Assembly (NCBI GenBank): GCA_963668355.1
Contig: OY764265.1
Span: 416,001 to 480,000 of the forward strand
DNA length: 64,000 nt
Origin: Bdellovibrionota bacterium
GTDB lineage: Bacteria; Bdellovibrionota_G; JALEGL01; DATDPG01
Reading direction: 5' to 3'
Shown: positions 1 to 10,900 of the stretch, in pieces
How positions within the stretch are numbered: position 1 is the first letter of the stretch
How the letters are laid out: each line of letters opens with the position of its first letter
Notes under the pieces: generated by a model
Databases searched by the model: none
What the model was told of the DNA's origin: nothing
What the model saw: only the letters and a program-made list of their open reading frames with translations
Position numbers and translations under genes: made by a program

Positions 1-1109
1 ACAACCACGGGTCCAAAAAGTTCCTCTTTAAACGCACGCATCCTGGGGGTCACATCCGTAAGCAGCGTGGGAGGGTAAAATGCTCCTTTCCCAGAAGGAA
101 GCCTTCCTCCCAGCCTCAAGGTTGCCCCCTCCTTTATGCTTTCTTGAATTTGTTGATGCAAACAATCACGCAAATCCGTTCGGGCCAACGGACCCATTTT
201 CCCTGACGAAGAGAGGGGAGCATCCATCTCAACGCGTTCCATTTGCTCAAGAAGAAGGTCCTCAAAAGATTTTTTCACATCCTCCATCACAATCAATCTC
301 TTAGCAGCAATGCACGTTTGTCCAGAATTCAACATTCGACTGGTCAAACAGGCGTTGGCCGCATGATTTAAGTCAGCATCGGAACAAATGATGTAAGGAT
401 CGTTTCCGCCCAATTCCAAGACACATTTCTTCAAGGCCTCTCCCGCCATTTTGGCCACGGATTTCCCAGCCCTCACACTTCCTGTAAGAGTCACGCCTGC
501 GACAAAAGGATGAAGGATCAATTCCCTTACACTCGATTCCGTTTCCGATGAGGGAATCAGTAGAGACGTAAAAACATGTTTAGGAAAACCGGCTTCAATA
601 AACAATTTTTCCAATTCCAGGGAGCAGCCGCTGACATTCGGAGCATGTTTCAAAAGAACAACATTCCCGGCCAATAATGTGGGAACGGCAAAGCGAATGA
701 CCTGCCAAAAAGGAAAATTCCAAGGCATGATGGCCAAAATTGCACCCAACGGCTCGAAGGACACATAACTCTTCTCTCCATTCGAAGAAATGATTTCTTC
801 CTTCAGCCACTCATGGACATGTTGAACCGTATACTCACAACATTTGGCCGATTTTTCGATCTCAGCAACCCCTTCATGCATGGGTTTTCCCATTTCAAGC
901 GCCATGAGTTCGGCATAAACGCCTTTTCTTTCTTTCAACGTTTCGATCAAGCGTTGAACGCACTTCTTTTTTTCAAGCAGTGAAAACGAACGCCATTCCT
1001 GAAAAGCTTGATGGGAAAGCCCCACCCGATCCACACAATCTTGTTTGGAATGTCCCGTATACTCCTGAACAATTTCTTCCGTGGATGGATTGATTGATTG
1101 AAGTTTCAT
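1..1109 (-). CDS. NAD(P)-dependent aldehyde dehydrogenase (succinate-semialdehyde dehydrogenase-like), runs off the left edge
   Basis: Not in the ORF track because there is no stop in the window. Manual translation from ATG 1109 gives MKLQSINPSTEE...EMGKP...IMPWNFPFWQ..RFAVPTLLAGNVVLLKHA...TGSVRAG...ELGGNDP, all typical ALDH motifs. Confidence 0.9.
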   Translation of the reverse strand, partial: MKLQSINPSTEEIVQEYTGHSKQDCVDRVGLSHQAFQEWRSFSLLEKKKCVQRLIETLKERKGVYAELMALEMGKPMHEGVAEIEKSAKCCEYTVQHVHEWLKEEIISSNGEKSYVSFEPLGAILAIMPWNFPFWQVIRFAVPTLLAGNVVLLKHAPNVSGCSLELEKLFIEAGFPKHVFTSLLIPSSETESSVRELILHPFVAGVTLTGSVRAGKSVAKMAGEALKKCVLELGGNDPYIICSDADLNHAANACLTSRMLNSGQTCIAAKRLIVMEDVKKSFEDLLLEQMERVEMDAPLSSSGKMGPLARTDLRDCLHQQIQESIKEGATLRLGGRLPSGKGAFYPPTLLTDVTPRMRAFKEELFGPVV

Positions 1110-1284
1110 TGCCTCTTCCTCTCAAATGGATTCAAAAGACTACTTAGTACGGAGAAAGCTTCCGAGCAATAGAGCCGATCATGAACCATAGGATTTTTTT
1201 AATTTGAGGGAAAATCGCAAGAGTTTGTTTTTATTGTGTTTTTATGCAAACCCTCGCATTTCAATTCAGGAATGATCTGTGTTG

Positions 1285-1797
1285 TCAGCTGAGATGGGTT
1301 CCACGAAAAAGAAGCCGAGCCAGCGTCCCCGCCAAAAACGGTAAAACCAAAGAACACACGTATCGAATGGCTGTAAATCGCCATCCGACAACTCCGATTT
1401 CAATCGGCAGACGATTGATCCCCAAAGTTCCCCAGGACGTCACAAAGGCGACCAGGGTCCCCACGCTGGCTCCCCCTTTCATCAAAACGAACACCAAGGG
1501 AAAACTCACAAAGGGCCCACCAGGAGTTAAAGCCCCTGCAAGTGTGCCAATCAAGATGCCGCGCATCCCGGCCTCACGCCCAACCCAAGCTTGAATCTGC
1601 TCCTTAGGTAAAAGATCCGGCAAGATGGCTGCCAAGAAAAAGGCCATCAAAAGAAGAGGAAGGATTTCCAAAGTCAGCCATAGAGAAGAATGAACGCCTT
1701 CGGCCATCGGCAATCCCTTTTGCCGAGCAAAATACACCGCCACCAAAACCATCACACCAATAATCAATGTAGGTATGAGCATCTGCCTCCCGTTCAT
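1285..1797 (-). CDS. Predicted permease (DUF318/ArsP-like membrane protein)
   Basis: Multiple hydrophobic helices; GTLAGALTPGGPFVSFP and GASVGTLVAF motifs. Confidence 0.7.
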   Translation of the reverse strand: MNGRQMLIPTLIIGVMVLVAVYFARQKGLPMAEGVHSSLWLTLEILPLLLMAFFLAAILPDLLPKEQIQAWVGREAGMRGILIGTLAGALTPGGPFVSFPLVFVLMKGGASVGTLVAFVTSWGTLGINRLPIEIGVVGWRFTAIRYVCSLVLPFLAGTLARLLFRGTHLS

Positions 1798-1894
1798 CTT
1801 ACCTGCAAGTGTGAGGCATCCAGGAACTTTGTCAAATCAGCAAGGGTCCAAAGACCCAGGCGTGCGAATAAAACCCCGTTCGCAGTCCGTCGAC

Positions 1895-2182
1895 CTACGT
1901 GTGAGCGATCGGCTTTTCTGTAAACAAATAGTCTTTCAGCTCTCCGTCAAACTTTGGATCTTTTCGACGAATCCACTCCAACACCATCGCAGCGTGTTCC
2001 TTTTCTTCGTCACGGTTGTGCTCAAGAATGGCTTTCAATTCCTTGTCGTTGCAGACATCCACTCTTTGATTGTACCAATCCACGGCTTCCAACTCTTCCA
2101 TCAAAGAAACAATGGCGCGGTGCATGTCCTTAGTTTCGGTTGACAGCTCGTTGATCGACTCGTGATATCCTTCATTGGCCAT
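1895..2182 (-). CDS. Encapsulin-associated ferritin-like protein (EncFtn/Flp family)
   Basis: MANEGYHE...HRAIVSLMEELEAVDWYNQR...HNRDEEKEHAAMVLEWIRR signature; ATG at 2182 with AGGAG RBS. Confidence 0.9.
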   Translation of the reverse strand: MANEGYHESINELSTETKDMHRAIVSLMEELEAVDWYNQRVDVCNDKELKAILEHNRDEEKEHAAMVLEWIRRKDPKFDGELKDYLFTEKPIAHT

Positions 2183-2355
2183 ATTCAAACTCCTTTAAAA
2201 GTTCTTTGTTAAAAAGGGATATGACAAAAGGGACCCGAAAATTCAACCCCCTCGCACCCGCTGACTCCAACGACACTTCCAAGACGATTTTGCAATATCC
2301 CATTTTGGCAATTTTGAGGTGAGACTTCCCGAGGAAGGCGGTAATCTAAATATAA

Positions 2356-2907
2356 ATGAAGCTTTGGTGTTTGATTCTTCCCTTTTTATTTTTCCAATCG
2401 ACCGCTTTTGCCGCATGGAGCGAAATGAATGACCCACTGAGTCGGTCAGGGTTCGTTTCAGTCGAGGCGGGATATTGGAATGTGCTTGAGGACAAAAATG
2501 TCGTTAGCAACCCAACGATGGTCTATATCACGGCTGGATTCAATCTTGCAGATGAGTTCGGACTCAAGGAGGCCCACGAATCATGGAACTATGTACCCAA
2601 GGTGGGACTAGGTTTTGGCAAAACCTCCCTCGCTTCAGACACCGAACTGTTTGTGGATGCGCTGTTGAAGATCCGCTACACCTTTGGAGAGTATGGGCAA
2701 CGGTTACGTTTTTTTCTAGATGCTGGACCTGGGTTCATCAATTTTTTGGGAAGATCCTTTGAACTGGAGGCCGGAGGAGGAGCGAACCTATATATCGGAC
2801 AGGCCCTTCTCGGGGTGAATGTTCAATACAAAGAGCTTTTTAACAGTGGGGATCTAAAACGCGGAATCGTCATTTTAGGAACGTTGGGATGGCATTACGG
2901 AGACTGA
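2356..2907 (+). CDS. Exported protein, probable small outer-membrane beta-barrel
   Basis: Signal peptide (STAFA-AW); alternating beta-strand pattern; C-terminal LGWHY. Confidence 0.55.
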   Translation: MKLWCLILPFLFFQSTAFAAWSEMNDPLSRSGFVSVEAGYWNVLEDKNVVSNPTMVYITAGFNLADEFGLKEAHESWNYVPKVGLGFGKTSLASDTELFVDALLKIRYTFGEYGQRLRFFLDAGPGFINFLGRSFELEAGGGANLYIGQALLGVNVQYKELFNSGDLKRGIVILGTLGWHYGD

Positions 2908-3139
2908 AAATCAAGAATTGTTTTTGCCCTCGCACGTTCAATGTTTCTTTTTATGACGTGTTTCTCCGTTGTGGGAAACCCAGAAGAAAGTGGACATAAT
3001 TCCATGGCTTAGAACTCGGCACAATGTTTGACAAAGGCGATTTTGTGTCAATTTTCTTTGCTTTGTTTTTACAAAAATTTTCCTTATTGTGATCTACATC
3101 TGCAACACCTGATGACAAACCGCGTTGATAGGAAAAAGT

Positions 3140-3529
3140 ATGCCCTTGTTAACATGGACCGAAGAATACTCTGTAAATCATTCCAGAATTGACGACCAAC
3201 ACAAAACCCTCTTCGACTTACTCAACACCCTACACGCCTCCATGTTGGAACGCACCGATCCAAAAAAATTGGCCGGCGTGGTGGACGAATTGGTGAATTA
3301 TACAAAGTATCACTTCACCACAGAGGAAAATATTCTGGCCGAAAAGAATTTCCCCCACTTAAAAAAACACCAACAGGAACACGAAAAATTCGTACAGAAA
3401 ATTACGGAGATCAAGGAACGAATTGAGAGAACGAATATGGTGCTGTCTTTGGAAGTACTTTTGTTCATGCAAGACTGGATCAAAAACCACGTACTAACCA
3501 ACGACAAAAAATACGCTCCCTACCTCTGA
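3140..3529 (+). CDS. Bacteriohemerythrin
   Basis: W..EYSV...IDDQHK..F, YTKYHFTTEE, HQQEHEKF, WIKNHVLTNDKKY di-iron ligands. Confidence 0.92.
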   Translation: MPLLTWTEEYSVNHSRIDDQHKTLFDLLNTLHASMLERTDPKKLAGVVDELVNYTKYHFTTEENILAEKNFPHLKKHQQEHEKFVQKITEIKERIERTNMVLSLEVLLFMQDWIKNHVLTNDKKYAPYL

Positions 3530-3549
3530 ATTTTTCCCAGAAGCTTAAG

Positions 3550-4155
3550 CTAAACTCCTTTTCGGGAAAGTCGACGTCGATTCCAAAACCAATTGGGCCA
3601 CTTTCCATGGGGCGGAAAATGGCCTTCGCTGGCTTCTCGAATGTCTTCAATCGAAACAAAAGCCTTTGGGTTCGTCCTTCGAATCATGTTTACGGCTTTT
3701 GGCAAATCCTTGCGATCCAGGACCGTGAACAACAGTTTTACCGGACCTTTTTTCCCCTCGCCAGGCACAACCGTCAATCCAAACCCTTCGGCATACAGAT
3801 TCTTAATCAACTCATCTGCATCGTGTCGGGTGATCGTTCGCAGGACAAGTTTTCCCAAAGCCATATGCCGTTCGATGGTCATTCCGACATAGTTACCTGC
3901 TGCAAACCCCGCAGCATACGCAATGGCGTTGATCGGTTGGGCGATATGCGTCAGAGCTTGAGAGATCGCAAACAACCAAATTAAAATTTCAAAAAAACCC
4001 AACACCGTAGCTAACATCCTCTGTCCACGGGCGACGCATACAATACGAATCGTATCCAACGTCATATCCGCTAAACGAGCGACAAAAATGGTGAAGGGAA
4101 GAACAAACCAAACGTAGAATGTCCCTGCCTCTGATGTGGCCGATAACCAACTCAT
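3550..4155 (-). CDS. DUF2179/UPF0316 (YebE-like) membrane protein
   Basis: ARLADMTLDTIR, GFFEILIWL, YAAGFAAGNYVG, C-terminal P-II-like domain; ATG at 4155 with AGGAGG RBS. Confidence 0.8.
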   Translation of the reverse strand: MSWLSATSEAGTFYVWFVLPFTIFVARLADMTLDTIRIVCVARGQRMLATVLGFFEILIWLFAISQALTHIAQPINAIAYAAGFAAGNYVGMTIERHMALGKLVLRTITRHDADELIKNLYAEGFGLTVVPGEGKKGPVKLLFTVLDRKDLPKAVNMIRRTNPKAFVSIEDIREASEGHFPPHGKWPNWFWNRRRLSRKGV

Positions 4156-4258
4156 ACAAATCCTCCTGCCACGGATTGTAGGCAGTCTTTTACAAAATCC
4201 AAGGGGGTTCTTTGAGGGTGCGAATCTCAATATCTAGGCATATAATTCATAAAACTCT

Positions 4259-4468
4259 ATGAACTTGGACCCCTTGAATCTTTTCTTCTCTTTTCTCTTT
4301 AGCTCCATCGGATTTGGTTTTTTCCTCTATGGAAAAAAACAAAGCCGAATGGTGCCTTTGGTCTGTGGAATTGCCCTGTTCATTTACCCGTACTTCATTT
4401 CCAACCGATGGCTACTCGTAGGCATTGGCTTGGGGCTTTCTTTGATCCCTTATTTCTTCCGAGACTAA
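4259..4468 (+). CDS. Small conserved membrane protein
   Basis: FSSIGFGFFLYGKKQ...YPYF pattern, hydrophobic; directly upstream of the trmO-like gene. Confidence 0.6.
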   Translation: MNLDPLNLFFSFLFSSIGFGFFLYGKKQSRMVPLVCGIALFIYPYFISNRWLLVGIGLGLSLIPYFFRD

Positions 4469-4480
4469 GGAGGTTCACAC

Positions 4481-4969
4481 ATGACGATTTCATTTGAACC
4501 GATCGGAATCATCCACACTCCTTTTCACGACATCACCGGGGTTCCCATTCAACCCCGAATGGCGGCTCCAGACATCAAAGGATGGATAGATCTTCTACCA
4601 GCCTACCAAGAGGGCCTATCCGACCTCGAAGGATTCGACCGAATTTGGCTCATCTTTCATCTACATGAAGCTAAAAAATTCCATCTACACGTCACTCCCT
4701 TCTTAGACTCAACCAAAAAAGGACTGTTTGCAACGCGTGCCCCCTCTCGCCCGAATGGAATCGGATTGTCTTGCGTACGACTTTTAAACATCCAAGGAAC
4801 ACGAATCGAAATCGCCGAAATGGACATCGTCGATAATACGCCCCTCTTGGACATCAAACCCTACTCTCCCAGGTTCGACGCTTATCCGAATGTTAGATCT
4901 GGATGGTTGGATCATATTAAAGAGCGTGAGTCTCGCTCAAAGAAAGCCGATGATCGATTCAAAACCTAG
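4481..4969 (+). CDS. trmO: tRNA t6A37 N6-methyltransferase TrmO/TsaA family
   Basis: PIGIIHTPF, GLFATRAPSRPNGIGLS, TPLLDIKPY motifs. Confidence 0.85.
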   Translation: MTISFEPIGIIHTPFHDITGVPIQPRMAAPDIKGWIDLLPAYQEGLSDLEGFDRIWLIFHLHEAKKFHLHVTPFLDSTKKGLFATRAPSRPNGIGLSCVRLLNIQGTRIEIAEMDIVDNTPLLDIKPYSPRFDAYPNVRSGWLDHIKERESRSKKADDRFKT

Positions 4970-4989
4970 AAATCAAAACGAAAACATGC

Positions 4990-5766
4990 TCAGTTTTCTC
5001 TAGAGAGTGGAATAACCGAACAAGGATAATCGATGAGTTCCCGGTCATGACGACATCGAATAAGAACCTCGCCATCCACATTTCTCACCAAAAACCCATT
5101 CTCATCTTGATCCTCTTCTTCCGATAACGAGGCAAAGAAGGTTTTATATCGCTTAAACCCATAACTCACCGTACGAAGGCCAGACTCAGAATACCTATAA
5201 ATATTCAAGAAATGTTGAACCGAGACCTCATCGATCAACGCGGCTTGAGCTGATTCAAAGTCAAGAGCAACCAACGGAACAAAAGAAAGAACACATTTGG
5301 TATATCGATTCCGACGTTCGTAAACTTCTCTGGCGATTTCAACGGCTTTCTCTTTCTTACGAGCCAAATAGGAGGGACGTAACTTGCCCCACCAACGATT
5401 GGGCCATGCCAATCCCTCAAGAACCTTTTTTTCAATGCGATCTTGAGAGAAATATCTCCATTCCACAGAGGTTTCACATTCCCAGCGACTCCGAGGGATA
5501 TTTTGAAATGCGACTGCCTGATCCCCCACGACAAAAATTTGGAGCTTCTCGGGGTCTTGAACATCGATCGCTATTTTGATCAATGCGGAATGTTCTCTTG
5601 TTCCAGAATCATAAAGCCACTCCGCATGAGCATCGAAAGAGGGAAAGAACACCGCACCCAGGATAAGAAAGGAAAAAAACATTCGAATCCAAAGCCGAAT
5701 ATCGTTTCTTAAACCTATTTTCACACCCACCCCCTCGACAAAAACAACAACATCAGGGGGTAGCAC
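4990..5766 (-). CDS. Hypothetical exported protein (likely start near 5682)
   Basis: Long ORF with signal-peptide-like MFFSFLILGAVFFPSFDAHA; no family recognised. Confidence 0.5.
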   Translation of the reverse strand: MLPPDVVVFVEGVGVKIGLRNDIRLWIRMFFSFLILGAVFFPSFDAHAEWLYDSGTREHSALIKIAIDVQDPEKLQIFVVGDQAVAFQNIPRSRWECETSVEWRYFSQDRIEKKVLEGLAWPNRWWGKLRPSYLARKKEKAVEIAREVYERRNRYTKCVLSFVPLVALDFESAQAALIDEVSVQHFLNIYRYSESGLRTVSYGFKRYKTFFASLSEEEDQDENGFLVRNVDGEVLIRCRHDRELIDYPCSVIPLSREN

Positions 5767-5855
5767 GCTGCGTTATCGTTGTCGAGTTTTCGCGGGTTCC
5801 TTCAGTCAAACTTGATATAAAGAGACACAATGATCTTTCGTTTGGAGGTACACGC

Positions 5856-7616
5856 ATGATTCGCACATGGATTCTGACTTCTCTTCTGTTGCTTTTGTTA
5901 TGTCCCGTTGGTTTTGGGGCGAACGACAATACTGAAACAAAACGTCGCGAGATGGTCCGAAAAGAACTGGCTCAAGGATCTTCGGCAATCATTCGAACGG
6001 ACTTTCGATCCAAAGAATACACCCAGACGGATCGAGACTTCGCAAAACGGATCATTGGCCAAATTGCCCCCTTAATCTCGGAGCTATATCAAATTCAAAA
6101 GGGAGCACTGAAATATAGAGCGGATATCTTCCAACGGGGAACCCAAGATGACATTCAACTATATCAACGAAATCAAGGCCCCTGGTGCCAAGCAACCCTC
6201 ACGCAAGACTCCCCTTTCTGCAACGCACACCCCAATTTTCCAAAACCCAAGTCCGACGCCTACCCACCCGATATAAAACAAGATGCCGCGATGTGTGAGA
6301 TGTTTCACGCCCAACCCAATGGTGACGCCTTGATGGACCCGTTTGTTGTGGTGCGAAGAGAAAAAAAAGGATTTGTCCCCGTACCCCTAAACCAAGTGTA
6401 CGCAGCACGAATGAAAAGCGTAGCTCAACATTTACGAAAGGCTGCCAAAATTTATCCAGAAAACGAAGAGAGAGCCCTTCGAGCTTACTTGCTTGCAGCG
6501 GCTCAGGCTTTCGAAGACAACGATTGGGAAAAGGCTGATGAAGCTTGGTCCGCCATGAATGAAACCAATAGCCGTTGGTATTTGCGCGTCGGACCCGACG
6601 AGACGTATTTTGACCCTTGTCAGGAAAAGGCTGGCTTTGCACTCACCTTCGCCAAGGTCAGTAGCGGTTCTGCAAAATTAAAAAAGGTCCTCTTTGACCA
6701 TCGGCAAAAGCTCGAAACACAAATGGCTTCGCTCATTGGAACCCATTACAAACCTCGAACCATCGGAATGAAAACACCGGAATTTGTCGAAATGATTTAT
6801 AACGCAGGAGATTCCAGGCATGCACTGGGAGCCGTTGTGGGGCAAACCCTTCCCAACTGGGGGGAAATCGCCCAAAAAGGAAGACGAAACTGGAACGCAA
6901 CCAATTTTTACACCGATCCAACCTCTGTAGAAAATCGAAAGAAACGAGCCAAGCTGTTCTTTGTCCCTCGACTCTTAAAAATATTGGAAGATTCCCAGGA
7001 GGCTTCTCTTCGGGCCACGGTCATTCACGAAGTCACACACAATATCGGACCGGATTCTTCCTTCGAGGTAAACGACCAAACAGCCAAGGAACGCTTCGGC
7101 CGCCTATCTTCCGTCTTGGAGGAACTCAAAGCTCAAACGGGAGCGTCTTGGTATTTGCCTTACTTGAAAGAACAAGGCGTTTTTTCGGAAAAAGACATAT
7201 TGGGCTTATACCTTTCCAATATTTTTTGGTGCTTCAACCAAATTTCATACTCAGGCCTCTTTTCATCCTCAGGTACCCCTCGCGCTTACGGACAACTTGC
7301 AGCGATCCAAGTGGCCATGTTGATGGAAGATGGTGCGCTCAAGAAAGTGAACACCCCCGAAGGATGGCGTTTTGACGTGGTCGAGGCCAAACTTCCAAAA
7401 AGCTTCGAGCGAATCATGAAACGTGTGGGGCAAATCAAAGTCACTCCAGGAACAGCTCAACAAGCGCTTAAGGCGGCAAAAGACTTCATTGGCTATTATG
7501 TGGGATTGGCTCCTGGAAAACCGGGAAAAGGATGTGACCAAAAGCTCATTGACGAAATTGCAGAACGCTATCGAAGCATTCCAAAAGAAAGTTTTGAATA
7601 CGAGACACGCTTTTAA
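5856..7616 (+). CDS. Secreted M49 (dipeptidyl peptidase III-like) metallopeptidase
   Basis: Signal peptide; RNQGPW, GPDETYFD, GQTLPN, HEVTHNIGP and LEELKA motifs. Confidence 0.75.
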   Translation: MIRTWILTSLLLLLLCPVGFGANDNTETKRREMVRKELAQGSSAIIRTDFRSKEYTQTDRDFAKRIIGQIAPLISELYQIQKGALKYRADIFQRGTQDDIQLYQRNQGPWCQATLTQDSPFCNAHPNFPKPKSDAYPPDIKQDAAMCEMFHAQPNGDALMDPFVVVRREKKGFVPVPLNQVYAARMKSVAQHLRKAAKIYPENEERALRAYLLAAAQAFEDNDWEKADEAWSAMNETNSRWYLRVGPDETYFDPCQEKAGFALTFAKVSSGSAKLKKVLFDHRQKLETQMASLIGTHYKPRTIGMKTPEFVEMIYNAGDSRHALGAVVGQTLPNWGEIAQKGRRNWNATNFYTDPTSVENRKKRAKLFFVPRLLKILEDSQEASLRATVIHEVTHNIGPDSSFEVNDQTAKERFGRLSSVLEELKAQTGASWYLPYLKEQGVFSEKDILGLYLSNIFWCFNQISYSGLFSSSGTPRAYGQLAAIQVAMLMEDGALKKVNTPEGWRFDVVEAKLPKSFERIMKRVGQIKVTPGTAQQALKAAKDFIGYYVGLAPGKPGKGCDQKLIDEIAERYRSIPKESFEYETRF

Positions 7617-7622
7617 AAAAAC

Positions 7623-7655
7623 GTTTAGGTGCCAGGCAATGCCTGGCACCTAAAC
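7623..7655. repeat. 33-bp near-perfect palindrome (REP-like or terminator)
   Basis: gtttaggtgccaggca-a-tgcctggcacctaaac, 16-bp arms, just after the peptidase stop. Confidence 0.7.
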
Positions 7656-7902
7656 AAAGGGTTATTGTTCTGCGCAGAGCAATGCTTTAGCTCCGCGATT
7701 ACCCAAAATTGTGTTGGGACATCCAAGACTCAGAAAGGTGAGAACTCCCCTCCCACTTGTCCTTTTGGGCAAACATTTTCAACCTAACCTGCTGTAATCA
7801 AATAGGTTTTTTTAACTCCCCCTGGTACGTCGGTTGCATTCCGCTTTGACAGATGACCATGGGATTCTTTTGTTTAAAAGAAGGAATTGAGGAGACGTCC
7901 GG

Positions 7903-10900
7903 GTGCTGTTTCGTTTAAACCGATTCATCCCGACGGCCTGGATCGTTGTGGGGATGATCTTGTTTTCTCCGCTATCATCTGGATACGCCTGGCCTTCTAT
8001 CCATCAAAATGGAAATCCCTCGTTTGAATCTCTGGATGCCTTTTTCGCCGCCTACCTCATTGAACAAGGCCATTGGGAAGACTTCTTTTTTCAAGCCGAA
8101 CGCTCCATTCAAGAAAAAGAAGCGGGAAAGGCCCTGGTTCGAATTTCCACACGACTGTATCGCGAAGGAAATGAGAACCTTCTTTCGGAATTGATTGGGG
8201 AAAGGATACACCTTGCGAGCATCGAACAAGCCCACTCCAAAGAGATGGGGAACCTTCTCCGAGAAAGATTGGAGTCTTGGTTACAGGATCATCCTCCCAA
8301 AGAATTGTCCGAGACCATTTTTCAAGACCTTGAACACAAACGAGACTTCCAATCCGAGGCGCGCCATGCTCCCTTTGTGAAAGGACTGTTGAAAGGAGAA
8401 AAATACCGCTCCATTCGACATGCAAATCATCGAGCCTTCCTACCGACCGCTGTGGAGATGATCATTTCAGATGCCTTCTTGGTGGTCCGGGCTTCCATTG
8501 AAGGAGGAAATGGCTTTTCATATATTCCCCCCAAAAGCGCCGAGAACAACCCTGCCTTTTCAATTCCGAAAATGGGAAGCAAATCGACCCTCCGGGATAT
8601 CACCGGAGAAAGCACAGAGGATGGGCCTGGAAAGAATGGAATGGAGGGGCATCTATTTGCAAAACCGGGAGGAGACAAACTTGAGCCGTGGAAGGATCTG
8701 TTGATTTATCACGAGGATGAACATCTCGAACGAACCCAACTCGCCCAAATGTTTAAAAAACAATTTGTTAAACGAACTGTCGGATCCCTCCCCGAGAATG
8801 AACACAGCATCCAGCTCGCGCAGGTAGTTTTAGAAACGTTTTCTTCCCATGTCCCCCGAGAGTTAATTCAGGCGGTCGCGGAGCGACTCGTCCACCAACA
8901 CCGATTCCAAAGTCACGCCGACCCCGTTCGACAATACGTGCAACATGTGTGGGCTCGTCTAAATCTCCCAGAAGAAACGCCCCAACCGTCTGAAAAACGC
9001 CAAAGCATTCTTCAATGCACGCACAAAATCGTAGACCAGATCGCCCACTCGTTAGAAAACGCCCTGGACCCTGAGGGGAAACATACGTTTCCTAAACGCG
9101 ACGTACGAGTTTCATTGGAAGGATTGACAGGAGAATTCTCCGCCTACTCCCCCGCCGTTCCAGTGAACCTAAAAAGGCCTGAACGCAGAGTGAATCCGGG
9201 GAGAATCATCAAAAACTTGGAGCGAGAAATTCCCAAAGCTCTTTTGGAAAGCAAGAGCTGGGGGGACATCGCCACGAGCTACGATCAATACGCTGAATCC
9301 TTAAGTTTTGAGATTCGACGGATCGTGGGATACGCCATGTTTTTCCGTTTGATCCAACACGGATGGTTACGTCTTCCGGTCTCAGAAAAGGGAACCTTTG
9401 AAATGGGAATGGTCCAATCAGGGCCCGCGTTGCTTTCCCGAGCCATGAGTCGCCTCGTTCCTTTGCTAAATGCTTCTGGTGTCGATGTCCCTCCCATCCA
9501 GCTCTGGGAGTTCGAAAGAAATAATCATATGCAAAAATTGGGGAAGGCAGCGCGAGAACAATTGGAAATCCCTTTCGACACAACCACTCGGACCCTCGAC
9601 TTGGCATCCCAAAAAATCCCCAAGCACAATGCCCCTGAACTGGCTTTCCTCGATCTAAGCTTTCTTCCCTATCTTCCCAGCAAGGGAGCCAAAGGAATCA
9701 ATGGCCGTCTTTTGGCGCTATATCAAGCAAGTGAAGTAATCCAACCCGAAGGCTTTCTTTTTCTCAGCGTAGATCGTGGAAGCATTGACGAAGGCTATTT
9801 CGAAGCGTTCGAAAAACTTGGTTTTGCCTTGGAAGCCCGTCGTCCCTCGATGAACCCGATCGATGATGTCATCATCCAACTCGCTCCGGATCCTTCCCTC
9901 GCCTCTCATATAAAAGACAAACTGGAATCATCGGAATGGATTCTTTTAAGACGAACGGAACAACCCGCCTTGTCTTTGGCTGAGGTTAAACGCCTCCAAA
10001 TGGGTGACCTACGACCCGCGAACCACGATGTCCGAGAGGATCGCGTTCTAAATTCCGTTCAGCTCACAAAGCGCGTGGACTTTGGTCGGGTAGCGCTATC
10101 GAACTATGGTGCTGCAGAGAGTGAATCCGGTTTAGTCAATCTCTTTGCCTTAGCCAACGCCCAAATTACGGAAGGCCCTGAAAAATCTCTCCGCAAAACC
10201 ATTGCAAATGAGATGGTCCATCGCTGGAGATCCATCTTAAGCGGAAACGAGAATGTCGCTCGTCTTCATGAGACACTGGTCTCCAAGTTCGCTTCACATG
10301 CCCTCCCTCCAAAAGCGTCTCTCGAACACATGGTTGCGGACCAAATGGAGAAAACACTCACGCTTATCCTACAGGCTCTAGACCAACAAGAAGGATTGGT
10401 AAGAAACGGAAATCTAGAGGCGGAAACACTCAACGAACGAAAAAGCTCCATCCTCGAAGAAGTTTCTTCTTTACGTCATGTGGACATTGCACAAACTCAA
10501 AGAAGGCGAAGTGAACTCGACGAATTGAATGCATCTCTAAAGGAAACGCTCTCTGAATATGTAAAGGCCGGAAAATGGACTCAGATGATGACGAGCACAA
10601 ACAAGGCACTGGCCAAAGTCGAAAAAGAATCATGGATCATGGGATTGGCGGAACCCATATTCCGCCCTCATGCCAAGGCTCTGGCCGAATTCGGAATTTA
10701 CCATGCGCGAGAACGAGATTTCGGGAGAGGATTAAACACCGCTTTACTCAGAGAACTTGAAGATCTCTCGACCGATGCTTTTTTCCGACATCTGTCTGAA
10801 TTTGGTGTGGACGTTATCCAGATCTTCAACACTGCGAGTAGAGGTCGAATCAAAAGAAAAATGATCACTCCCGGAATGCGGACACAAATGAAAAAGGACA

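Noticed and set aside
80..810. Short ORFs in the track at the left edge
   Set aside because: They overlap the edge-truncated aldehyde dehydrogenase in other frames
3028..3105. CRP/FNR-like sites upstream of hemerythrin
   Set aside because: Only one good half-site (TGTGA) and a loosely spaced TTGACA/TGTCAA pair; too weak to call
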